A stretch of 64,000 nt of DNA from contig JBAZZR010000001.1 of the NCBI GenBank assembly GCA_041658665.1, forward strand, positions 576 to 64,575. Reading direction: 5' to 3'. Source of the stretch: Patescibacteria group bacterium. Lineage in GTDB: Bacteria; Patescibacteriota; Patescibacteriia; Patescibacteriales; UBA12465. Shown here piece by piece: positions 1 to 7,529 of the stretch (its first letter is position 1; every line of letters starts with the position of its first letter). The notes under the pieces are model-generated. The model did no database searches, was not told the origin of the DNA, and saw only the letters and a list, made by a program, of their open reading frames with translations. A program made the translations under genes and the position numbers.

Positions 1-87
1 AAAAAGCTAAATTTAACAGCTTTATGGTCCGAAGTTTACGCTTCAATAACATTTCCGACGTTTCTTACTCTTTTTTATTTCCTGTTT

Positions 88-1290
88 GTGTCTGTCTTTG
101 ATCTTTCTTTTATCGAAAAAATAGTTGTTGTAGTTGTCTTTTCAGCAGCTCTAACAATTTTTATGGTAGAAAAGAGATGGGACTCTAGAAATAGACCGGA
201 AATAATGGTTCTCAGGAGGTTGGTACTGCTCGCTACCGGTGCGATTATTTTACTTTCTTTAGGCCAAAATAATTCTAACAAAACCAGTTTCGACATCTTC
301 TCCTGGCTAATACCTGCAGCATTATTCATAGTAATGTCTTCATTTTTTGTGTCATTTAGGGACGCCAGGTTCTTTAATAGTATCTTTAATAGTAATCATT
401 ATTACTCAGAGATAAGCAAATTGCTGGTATTTTTCCTTACCGCAGTCTGTGTTTGGCAATATTGGGTTAATTTTGGGACTCAATATGTATGGATTCCGGC
501 GGCAATATCGTTGTCTTCGATTTTTACTTGGCATGGCGATGTCGATTTCCCCGCAAAACGTCTTTTTTCCTTAGGGGTAGTAATTGCGAATATTATTGTC
601 TTAGCAGTAAGCAATCTTTACTACTTAGGATGTTTATTTTTTGCGGAGATTAAAAAAGGTTTTCGTCCTCTTGAACATCCATGGATTGCGAAAACGGCGG
701 AAATTTTGGTGATTATTATCGCAATTATTTTAGTCGTATTTGCAGCTATTAAAATTACATCCAAAAGAAATGAGAGAAAAATAAAAAAGTTGGCTGCGAA
801 AGAAGCCGAGGAAAGGCAGACTCAAAAGCTCGCTGCAGATGCAAAAGCTCAAAAGCAGTTGGAAGAGATAAAGGAAAAAATAATTTCTGGGCACGGGAAT
901 AACTGGAAAAATATTTTAACGGTCGCTAGATATTATAATTTAGACAGATATTATAATTTTAACATTGATAAATTTCAAGAAATCTGTGAAGTAATTTATA
1001 CCGTCCCTCTGTCCGAAGTAGTAACGGTATCAATGATCAAAAAACAAATTGTTTGGAATCAAGACTTCTCGTCAGCCGTTAAACTGATTGAAAAAATTGT
1101 AAGAAATACTTATAGGGATGAAAAAATTCGGTCCCACATACATCAAGTCAATAGCTTTATACAATTTCTTAAACCATATGAGCAATTTGTTGGTTATAAG
1201 GAGATTAAAGGTGAGCTGGAAAAGAATTGTCCAACGATTTGGGATCTCATTTTTTCCCCTGCTCTTGTAGAAAAAAATGAAATAAAATAA
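88..1290 (+). CDS. Multi-pass membrane protein with central charged coiled-coil segment; function unknown
   Basis: 400-aa ORF (GTG at 88; true start uncertain). Several hydrophobic helices in the first ~230 aa, then KKLAAKEAEERQTQKLAADAKAQKQLEE. Own hairpin+T-run terminator follows. Confidence 0.6.
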   Translation: MSVFDLSFIEKIVVVVVFSAALTIFMVEKRWDSRNRPEIMVLRRLVLLATGAIILLSLGQNNSNKTSFDIFSWLIPAALFIVMSSFFVSFRDARFFNSIFNSNHYYSEISKLLVFFLTAVCVWQYWVNFGTQYVWIPAAISLSSIFTWHGDVDFPAKRLFSLGVVIANIIVLAVSNLYYLGCLFFAEIKKGFRPLEHPWIAKTAEILVIIIAIILVVFAAIKITSKRNERKIKKLAAKEAEERQTQKLAADAKAQKQLEEIKEKIISGHGNNWKNILTVARYYNLDRYYNFNIDKFQEICEVIYTVPLSEVVTVSMIKKQIVWNQDFSSAVKLIEKIVRNTYRDEKIRSHIHQVNSFIQFLKPYEQFVGYKEIKGELEKNCPTIWDLIFSPALVEKNEIK

Positions 1291-1317
1291 TAATTTAAGT
1301 GAATAATTTCATTTTAA

Positions 1318-1345
1318 GCCCTCGTACATGCGACGAGGGTTTTTA
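1318..1345 (+). terminator. Intrinsic terminator of ORF 88-1290
   Basis: GCCCTCG-TACATGC-GACGAGGG hairpin followed by TTTTT. Confidence 0.7.
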
Positions 1346-1353
1346 TATTTCTG

Positions 1354-1415
1354 AATTTAAAGTTAAACTGCCAAATGAGCTCCAAACGAGAAACACCATT
1401 TTATTGGTGTTTTTT
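1354..1415 (+). repeat. Box+hairpin intergenic element, copy a (most divergent box)
   Basis: AATTTAAAGTTAAACTGCCAAATGAGCTCCA, then hairpin ACACCA-TTTTAT-TGGTGT and a T-run. The hairpin is nearly identical to that of copy d. Confidence 0.6.
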
Positions 1416-1454
1416 GTTGTCTATTCATCAATTAAGGTTTAGCCGTAACGGGAA

Positions 1455-1483
1455 TTGAAAAGCGTTTACTTAAACGTTATAAT
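1455..1483 (+). promoter_or_regulatory. Sigma70-like promoter of the HD gene (leaderless geometry)
   Basis: TTGAAA (1455-1460), 17-nt spacer, TATAAT (1478-1483). The ATG at 1490 lies 7 nt after the -10, at the expected transcription start. Confidence 0.55.
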
Positions 1484-1489
1484 TAGATT

Positions 1490-2137
1490 ATGAATAAAGC
1501 AGTGATTATTAAAAAAACCGCAGCATTTGCCAAGCAAAAATTATCCGGCGAAGGTAGCGGGCATGATTTTTGGCATGTTTATCGAGTCTGGAAAATGGCA
1601 GTATATTTAGCTAAGAAAGAAAAAGCGGACTTGTTTACTGTGCAGTTAGTCGCGCTATTGCATGATATTGCCGATTGGAAGTTTAATGATAATGATAAAG
1701 AGGGGAGTATTTTGTCTAAAAAATGGTTGCAAACACTACAGGTCGACGATGAACAGATTAATAAAGTTTGTAATATTATTGATCGGGTTTCTTTTAAAGG
1801 AGCTGGTGTTGTTAATAAAATAGAAAGTGAGGGCATGGTAGTCCAGGACGCCGATCGGCTCGATGCGATTGGAGCCATTGGTATCGCCCGAACATTTGCC
1901 TACAATGGGTTTAGGCAGAGAGAAATATATAATCCAGATATAAAGCCTAAATTTCATAAAACTTTTGCTTCGTATAAAAAAAATAATAGTACGGCGATAA
2001 ACCATTTTTATGAAAAGCTCTTACTTTTAAAGGATTTAATGAATACCAGAACAGCTAAAAAAATTGCCCGACATCGTCATCAAATCATGAGCCAGTATTT
2101 AAAAGAATTTTTTCAGGAATGGAACGCCAAGACGTAG
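1490..2137 (+). CDS. HD-domain metal-dependent phosphohydrolase
   Basis: H...HD signature (GHDFWHVYRV ... LLHDIADWK ... QDADRLDAIGAIGIARTF), typical of the HD superfamily; 215 aa. Confidence 0.85.
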   Translation: MNKAVIIKKTAAFAKQKLSGEGSGHDFWHVYRVWKMAVYLAKKEKADLFTVQLVALLHDIADWKFNDNDKEGSILSKKWLQTLQVDDEQINKVCNIIDRVSFKGAGVVNKIESEGMVVQDADRLDAIGAIGIARTFAYNGFRQREIYNPDIKPKFHKTFASYKKNNSTAINHFYEKLLLLKDLMNTRTAKKIARHRHQIMSQYLKEFFQEWNAKT

Positions 2138-2207
2138 AATTTATAGCCAAACTCCAAACTTCAAAAGGAGCTTAATAATAAAAATAGACTAATATTAGTC
2201 TATTTTT
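2138..2207 (+). repeat. Box+hairpin intergenic element, copy b
   Basis: AATTTATAGCCAAACT[CCAAACT]TCAAAAGGAGCTTAA starts immediately after the TAG stop, then hairpin ATAGACTA-ATAT-TAGTCTAT and a T-run. Contains an internal 7-nt duplication. Confidence 0.7.
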
Positions 2208-2248
2208 ATTATTAATGAAAATACATTTTAGTTGTGATTTATAAAATA

Positions 2249-2277
2249 TTGACAATATGATATATAAATGATATAAT
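2249..2277 (+). promoter_or_regulatory. Consensus sigma70-like promoter
   Basis: TTGACA (2249-2254), 17-nt spacer, TATAAT (2272-2277), ~145 nt upstream of the ATG at 2425. Confidence 0.6.
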
Positions 2278-2305
2278 TATTTAATTCTTTAATAAACACT
2301 ATTAG

Positions 2306-2369
2306 TGGCCATAACCAAAAAATGCTGATTCTATCGGCGTTTTCTGGTTATGACCAACAACGGTCATAA
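2306..2369 (+). promoter_or_regulatory. Structured 5' leader with two mutually exclusive hairpins
   Basis: Hairpin A pairs 2306-2322 with 2340-2356 (15 of 17 positions). Hairpin B pairs 2348-2355 with 2362-2369 (8 perfect bp). Segment 2348-2355 is needed by both. Confidence 0.45.
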
Positions 2370-2424
2370 TTCCTTCTCGGATGAGAGAAAATAAAAGGCG
2401 CAAATTAGCGCTAGGAGATTTATC

Positions 2425-3069
2425 ATGGATAAAAGTGAATTTATTATTTCTGGTTTGACGGGTGGCCAGCTCAATGCTTTGGTCAAAAATATTATGTCAC
2501 AAACAGGAGCTAGCACTCCTGACGAAGCGGTCAGGAGAATTAACGCCGGTGAGTGCGTTATTAAACGTTGGCGGAAAGACATAGAATCTGGAAATATTTT
2601 TTTAACTATTGAATCTAAAGGATATAATGGTTTCAGCTGGGCGGTCACTCTACAAAATGAGGGTTTCTATTTAGATGATTCTGTTAGAAAAGTATTCTTT
2701 TCAGACGATTTTAAGTCACACACTATTTTCATGGACGGCATTGTATCGAAGATTATTATTACTAAAGGATGGGTTCATGCAGAGGAAAACCACGGCAGGA
2801 GAATTCGCACGAAGAATGGTTGGCGTAATTTAACCGCGCCATCTATTGATGCGATCTGCTCTATTTTAGATGATGCTGAAGATATTATGGTAAACATGGG
2901 CTTATCTTCCATTATCGTCATGCATAATCCTATTAAAATTTCATCCGGCGAAGAGATTAATTTTAATATAATTCGTCATGGCCCTTCTTTTGGCATTGAG
3001 GCTTGCAGTGACATTATATATTATAGATCTTTACGGACCGATGTCGGTTTTGCTTGGCTCATTTCGTAA
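2425..3069 (+). CDS. Hypothetical protein (orphan)
   Basis: 214-aa ORF with TAGGAG Shine-Dalgarno ~8 nt upstream and its own terminator at 3113-3137; no family recognised. Confidence 0.6.
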   Translation: MDKSEFIISGLTGGQLNALVKNIMSQTGASTPDEAVRRINAGECVIKRWRKDIESGNIFLTIESKGYNGFSWAVTLQNEGFYLDDSVRKVFFSDDFKSHTIFMDGIVSKIIITKGWVHAEENHGRRIRTKNGWRNLTAPSIDAICSILDDAEDIMVNMGLSSIIVMHNPIKISSGEEINFNIIRHGPSFGIEACSDIIYYRSLRTDVGFAWLIS

Positions 3070-3112
3070 GTTATTGTCAGATAGTTTATTAAGTTTGAGT
3101 AATCAAACTACT

Positions 3113-3137
3113 GAGCGTTAGTGATAACGCTCTTTTT
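3113..3137 (+). terminator. Intrinsic terminator of ORF 2425-3069
   Basis: GAGCGTTA-GTGA-TAACGCTC hairpin followed by TTTTT. Confidence 0.7.
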
Positions 3138-3146
3138 ATTTCTCTA

Positions 3147-3208
3147 AATTTATGACCAAACCGCCAAAGGAGCCCACAAAACATTAACAGACAGAGATGC
3201 CTGTTTTT
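3147..3208 (+). repeat. Box+hairpin intergenic element, copy c
   Basis: AATTTATGACCAAACCGCCAAAGGAGCCCAC, then a weak AACAG...CTGTT hairpin and T-run. It lies downstream of an independent terminator. Confidence 0.65.
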
Positions 3209-3210
3209 GT

Positions 3211-3239
3211 TTGAACTTTTAATTTATATTTGGTATATT
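3211..3239 (+). promoter_or_regulatory. Sigma70-like promoter of ORF 3262
   Basis: TTGAAC, 17-nt spacer, TATATT; short leader without an obvious Shine-Dalgarno. Confidence 0.45.
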
Positions 3240-3261
3240 TGTTTTATAATCAGTAGAAAAT

Positions 3262-3681
3262 ATGAATGAATTCGCCGAAAAATACGGAGTAACGGAAGAT
3301 GAAAATACGGTCACCTTTCATCAAAGTCGTAGGATGTTTTGTGTACATCAAAATATTTTATTTATCGCAGAGCAGAACCTTCCTTATTCTCATGCGGTTT
3401 GGTTCGAAAAAGAAGATTGGTTGCCAAAAGTCGAAGTCGACCTAATAATGGAAATAGTCAGAGGAGTTGTCGATAGTCAGGGGGATATATATTTTTATAT
3501 TGGTTATAATTTTGAGATAAATAATGATTGTGAACATGTATTTTTTTCTCATCTTAAAGAATTAGTTGACAAGCTGAAATTAAGCCCCGAGGCTAAAATA
3601 TTTGGCGGTTTGATAAAATCGGAACCGGGTCAAATTTGGTCACCAGTTAAAAGTTATGGTAAGATTTCTGAAAATTTATAA
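3262..3681 (+). CDS. Hypothetical protein (orphan)
   Basis: 139-aa ORF; no family recognised. Its last codons and stop lie inside box copy d. Confidence 0.6.
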   Translation: MNEFAEKYGVTEDENTVTFHQSRRMFCVHQNILFIAEQNLPYSHAVWFEKEDWLPKVEVDLIMEIVRGVVDSQGDIYFYIGYNFEINNDCEHVFFSHLKELVDKLKLSPEAKIFGGLIKSEPGQIWSPVKSYGKISENL

Positions 3682-3737
3682 CCAAACCGCAGAAGGAGCT
3701 TAATCTAGAAAAAACACCAGGTTATTGGTGTTTTTTT
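3673..3737 (+). repeat. Box+hairpin intergenic element, copy d (closest to consensus)
   Basis: AATTTATAACCAAACCGCAGAAGGAGCTTAA, then hairpin ACACCA-GGTTAT-TGGTGT and T7. The box overlaps codons N-L-stop of ORF 3262-3681. Confidence 0.75.
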
Positions 3738-3748
3738 GCTTCTCTAGA

Positions 3749-4801
3749 CTAGTCTCTTCGATATTTGTCTATTTCCTGTTTTATGATAGCCGTAACTTTG
3801 TCTGGCGGCAGATTTTCGTCATAAAAAATATTATGGTAGTTATTGGGTTCAATACCCAGGACTCTGAGTATTTCCCAGACTTTATCCTGCTGCTTAACAA
3901 AATGATCCGGCAAAACTACTAGATGGGATATTTGTAAATTTTCCGGTTTTAAATAGGACGAAGCGTCTAAAGCCTCGCACATCCAACGGCCATTTTTTGT
4001 TTTTAATGTAATTTCTGAATATTCTGGATTTTCGGCGTCGGGGTTAATAAATTTAATTGCCTCTCCGTTCTTCTGTAAATAATTTTTACCATTAACATTC
4101 TCTAATCTAGCCACCAATTGCTCCGCTTCCTTCACCTTTTCGCTTTCCGATATCAAAAGGTAATTTTTTCCGGCGGCATCATCATTTTTTAGGACGCCTC
4201 GGTGTTGTAAAATATTTTCAATATTCTTTTTAAAATTAATTTTAGCCGTGTCGGAAATTGGCAATTGCGGCGCATCACGTAGTGGTAGCCCGCGAGCATC
4301 AGAGGAGTCAGACATTTCACTATTATATTCATCATATAAAGAAATCATTCTGGCTTCGGGAAATTCTTCACGCAGGGTTTTGGCCACGGCGAGGCCGATC
4401 TCATCGGATTTTACTAACATGTTTTCCCAGATATCTCCGGTCTTGCGATTATAGTCGGCTAAATAGGGGCTGAAACTTTCAAACTCTAAAGGTCGCCCTG
4501 ATTTACATTCTGCCAGTAAAGTATCCATCTGGCACTTGGAGAAATTTACACCGTCAATTGTCGCCTCTTTTTCCGTAAACGTCAGTTCTTCGCTCATTTT
4601 TCCGATTAAGTTCGGTCTAGATTCATGGAAAGAATTAATAATTTTTCGATAATTATCTCTTATTCCTCCCATTATTCGCATAATTTCCGAGGGCCTTTTT
4701 AGAACTACCCTCTCCGATAGAGCAACATTTTCCTTTATTGTTTGAGCGTCAACCTCATTAGTCTTTTTAAGTTCGGCGTTTTCTAATTTTTCTTTAAACA
4801 T
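3749..4801 (-). CDS. Hypothetical protein (orphan)
   Basis: 350-aa ORF, the only minus-strand gene in this block; sits between box copies d and e; no family recognised. Confidence 0.65.
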   Translation of the reverse strand: MFKEKLENAELKKTNEVDAQTIKENVALSERVVLKRPSEIMRIMGGIRDNYRKIINSFHESRPNLIGKMSEELTFTEKEATIDGVNFSKCQMDTLLAECKSGRPLEFESFSPYLADYNRKTGDIWENMLVKSDEIGLAVAKTLREEFPEARMISLYDEYNSEMSDSSDARGLPLRDAPQLPISDTAKINFKKNIENILQHRGVLKNDDAAGKNYLLISESEKVKEAEQLVARLENVNGKNYLQKNGEAIKFINPDAENPEYSEITLKTKNGRWMCEALDASSYLKPENLQISHLVVLPDHFVKQQDKVWEILRVLGIEPNNYHNIFYDENLPPDKVTAIIKQEIDKYRRD

Positions 4802-4872
4802 ATAATTATCTCTGTTTTTCTTTATAATAACATATTATTTTTAACGGCACTATTATCTAATACTATTTGTTA

Positions 4873-4935
4873 AATTTATAATCAAACCGCAGAAAGAGCT
4901 TACACAAAAAATGTCTTATCCTTAGGGCATTTTTT
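4873..4935 (+). repeat. Box+hairpin intergenic element, copy e
   Basis: AATTTATAATCAAACCGCAGAAAGAGCTTAC, then an imperfect hairpin and T-run. The downstream flank TTTTTGCTATTCTAGAGAC resembles the flank of copy d (TTTTTGCTTCTCTAGAC). Confidence 0.7.
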
Positions 4936-4984
4936 GCTATTCTAGAGACATTCTTCCAAGAGGTTTACGCATTGCCAGATTTTG

Positions 4985-5013
4985 TTGAATTGTATAACAT
5001 ATTTATATATAAT
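4985..5013 (+). promoter_or_regulatory. Sigma70-like promoter of the SGNH hydrolase gene
   Basis: TTGAAT (4985-4990), 17-nt spacer, TATAAT (5008-5013). It lies inside the long ORF-track call, which supports the ATG at 5026 as the real start. Confidence 0.55.
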
Positions 5014-5025
5014 AACGTAAAAAAT

Positions 5026-5667
5026 ATGAAACAGATTTTTCTAATAGGTTCGAGCTTTGTTTATGGAGTTGGAGGAGAAAACGGAGGCTGGGGTGACTAC
5101 CTTAAACAAGCCTTGCACCAGAAAATGTATTCTGAGGGCGGAGTGGGAGAAAAATACGAAGTATATAATTTTAGTAAACCGGGAGCTACTATTGATTTTG
5201 CTATTAAAAATTTTCCTACCTGGCTAGAGCAATATGGAAGAGACGGGGAAATAATTACGATAGTTTCTACCGGTGGTAATAATGTAAAAGCTAAAAATAC
5301 TCCTGATAATTTTGTTTCCACGGTAGATGATTATATTAACCAAATGTCCGAGTTGTTGGATATTCTAAAAAAAGGTAGCAGCCATGTGATAGCAGTCGGC
5401 GGCGGATTTTATGATGAGTCTAAAACAAATCCTAAGTCTAGTCCGTTTGACGGAGAACAATCTTATTTTAAGAATGACCGGAAGCAATTATTTGAATCTC
5501 ATTTCAAGCAGCTCTGCCAAGAAAAAGATATTACATTTATTCCCTTAGATATTGATGAGAATAGTTGGAAAGCTAACTATTTGTACAAAGATGGTCTACA
5601 TTCAAATATGGCTGGGCATAAATTAATCAGTCAGAAAGTATTAAATGAGGTAGAAAAATTATTATAA
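5026..5667 (+). CDS. SGNH/GDSL-family hydrolase
   Basis: Block I GSSFVYG, block III GGNN and block V DGLHSN, typical of SGNH esterases/lipases. Start moved from 4972 to the ATG at 5026. Confidence 0.8.
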   Translation: MKQIFLIGSSFVYGVGGENGGWGDYLKQALHQKMYSEGGVGEKYEVYNFSKPGATIDFAIKNFPTWLEQYGRDGEIITIVSTGGNNVKAKNTPDNFVSTVDDYINQMSELLDILKKGSSHVIAVGGGFYDESKTNPKSSPFDGEQSYFKNDRKQLFESHFKQLCQEKDITFIPLDIDENSWKANYLYKDGLHSNMAGHKLISQKVLNEVEKLL

Positions 5668-5674
5668 TATAATC

Positions 5675-6559
5675 ATGAGAATTTTCTATTCTGATATGTC
5701 GCCCTTATATACTCAAATTACAGAATCCTCACTCTTTAAAAAAATTATAAAGCAATTTTTTCAATCCGAAGAATACGAAATTGTAGAAAGACCAGCCAGT
5801 TTTTCTGTCCGTTTAAAAGAAGAAAGTTCGGAGATAGTTAAAAGAATAATTTTACTCCCTCCACATGGCTTTACGGCCGATAAGATTAATTTATTGAGTC
5901 CTCATCCGGAGGCGCGTAATGCTAAAATAAGAATTCTTGGAAAAATTAAACCACAGAATAGGGGTCTTGCCCCAGTTAAGCAAGAAATAAAATTTGTTTT
6001 TTCTTTGATTAGAGAGATTCCGACGGAAAAAGACTCATCTTATTCCGATTATTTTAAGTTTTCTAAGGAATACTATAAAAGTCAGTTAAAATCTTGGCGG
6101 AGTTGGTTTTACGTAGTGAAAGAGAATGGTTGGGGTAATTTCCATAATTTAATTAATCTCTCTGATGATTGGGTTATCCTATTACTTGAAAAAAATCTAA
6201 TAGACAGAAAAGAAATAAATATTGATAAATTTTTAAAGCAGCTAACGATAATTGAAGCTGAAAGACTAAAAAGCAGTTTGAAGCAGATAGAGAGGGACGG
6301 AGATAAGATTTTTAGAGATGTTACTTTAGTTGAAAATATTTTAATCCTTGATCTTAAGATATTAGTCCCCATCTTAATTCGGATGTTAAATTCTTCAGAG
6401 ACCGGCAAACATGAACCTTGTACTTTTTTTGCGCTTTTATTGAAAGCCGTTAAAAAGGATAAAAAATTAGTTTTAAAAGAAGTAAATAAATCGATTAAAA
6501 TGAAGATCGCGCCGCGCTACTATTTAGAAGATTTAAAGAATAAACTCGTTAAGCATTAG
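5675..6559 (+). CDS. Hypothetical protein
   Basis: 294-aa ORF starting 7 nt after the previous stop (operon-like); no family recognised. Confidence 0.6.
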   Translation: MRIFYSDMSPLYTQITESSLFKKIIKQFFQSEEYEIVERPASFSVRLKEESSEIVKRIILLPPHGFTADKINLLSPHPEARNAKIRILGKIKPQNRGLAPVKQEIKFVFSLIREIPTEKDSSYSDYFKFSKEYYKSQLKSWRSWFYVVKENGWGNFHNLINLSDDWVILLLEKNLIDRKEINIDKFLKQLTIIEAERLKSSLKQIERDGDKIFRDVTLVENILILDLKILVPILIRMLNSSETGKHEPCTFFALLLKAVKKDKKLVLKEVNKSIKMKIAPRYYLEDLKNKLVKH

Positions 6560-6659
6560 TAAATGTTATTATATAATTAATGAATAATATGGATATAATA
6601 ATCAAAAAAGCTGTAATAGAAGATTTATTTAATGTTCAAGAGTTAAATCTAAGATTTTT

Positions 6660-7517
6660 ATGTCCATAGAATCATCCGTTAATAAAATAGAATTATCAAG
6701 TAATCCAGAAAAATTTGGCAGAAATGTTAATATTAATGCGATCTTTCTTCGGCACGGGGAAAAAGTTTTGTCGACTAGCTCATCGCATACGGGGTTGGCC
6801 GAAGAAGGGGTAGAGATGGCGATTGATTTTGGCAAGCAACTTACGAAAAAAGACGTCATCAAGCCGTATTCTAGCGATACCGAGCGGACAATCGATACGG
6901 TGATTTTGGCTATTGACGAATCACCGACTGAGAAAAAATTATCTTTAGCTATTAAGGATGATTTAAAGCCGGAGTATGATGAAAAGGGAACATTCATGAC
7001 TAGCGTGTTAGCTCTAAAAAAACAGATATTGGGCCCAGATTTTGATAGTCTTCAGCCCGAGGAACGAAAACGGCGTCTTGACGATTATTATACGCAGCAA
7101 CAGGACTTATACCTTAGTTATGATGATAAACGACCCGACTCTAAAACTTAGTCGCCTTTAGAAACGGCCGCCAAGATCGCTCGGCGGGTAGATATATATA
7201 TCAGAATGGCTGATCGTTTAAAATCAGGTTCCCAAGTTGACCTGCTGAATTCTACTCACGATTGGTCGATTGCTTCCTTTTTGAAAGCAATTTTAGTTAG
7301 AGAAATAAACGGTCAAGAAGTTTGTGGTTTTAATTCGGTTAATGATATTGGTGGCCCTATCGGCTATACCGAACATTTTGATATTAATATTACTACTAAC
7401 GAACGGGGTGAAAAATTTGTCGCATTAATATTTCGTGGCCAGAAATATAGACTCGATCAAAGTCGTTTGCAGGAATTAATTGAAATAGCGGAAAAATTAG
7501 AGGTTCATAAAAATTAG
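6660..7517 (+). pseudogene. Histidine-phosphatase (PGAM-like) family gene interrupted by a single in-frame TAG at 7149-7151
   Basis: ORFs 6660-7151 and 7206-7517 share a frame with no other stop between them. N part has LRHGEK and SSDTERTIDT. The span across the stop reads SPLETAAKIARRV. C part has STHDWSIASFL, the distal catalytic His region. Confidence 0.7.
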
Positions 7518-7529
7518 TCAATTTTTGTT

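Noticed and set aside
1354-4935. Interpreting the box+hairpin array as a classical integron cassette array with attC sites
   Set aside because: No intI-type integrase or attI is visible. The box lacks the R''/R' (RYYYAAC / GTTRRRY) core pair. The genes also carry their own promoters, unlike typical cassettes. It is retained only as a looser cassette-like hypothesis in the findings.
4972-5025. Longer ORF-track N-terminal extensions (4972 SGNH, 16463 rpsA, 31475 nucleotidyltransferase, 33492 acidic protein, 42344 rbfA, 49012 rpsO, 49505 SGNH, 54796 murI, 59050 ddl)
   Set aside because: The extensions overlap upstream genes or promoters, or use non-ATG codons. Internal ATGs give N-termini that match family norms.
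6580-6669. 29-aa ORF MNNMDIIIKKAVIEDLFNVQELNLRFLCP as a GNAT acetyltransferase remnant
   Set aside because: The resemblance to GNAT N-termini is only a short, low-information pattern and is too weak to annotate. It is mentioned solely as context for possible local gene decay.
6629-6997. Antisense or out-of-frame ORFs nested in well-supported genes (for example 6629-6997, 1579-1878, 8811-9176, 12044-12271, 17365-17667, 41577-41861, 47416-47715, 53530-53868)
   Set aside because: Each lies wholly inside a longer ORF with recognisable domains or better context, and none has independent start signals or motifs.
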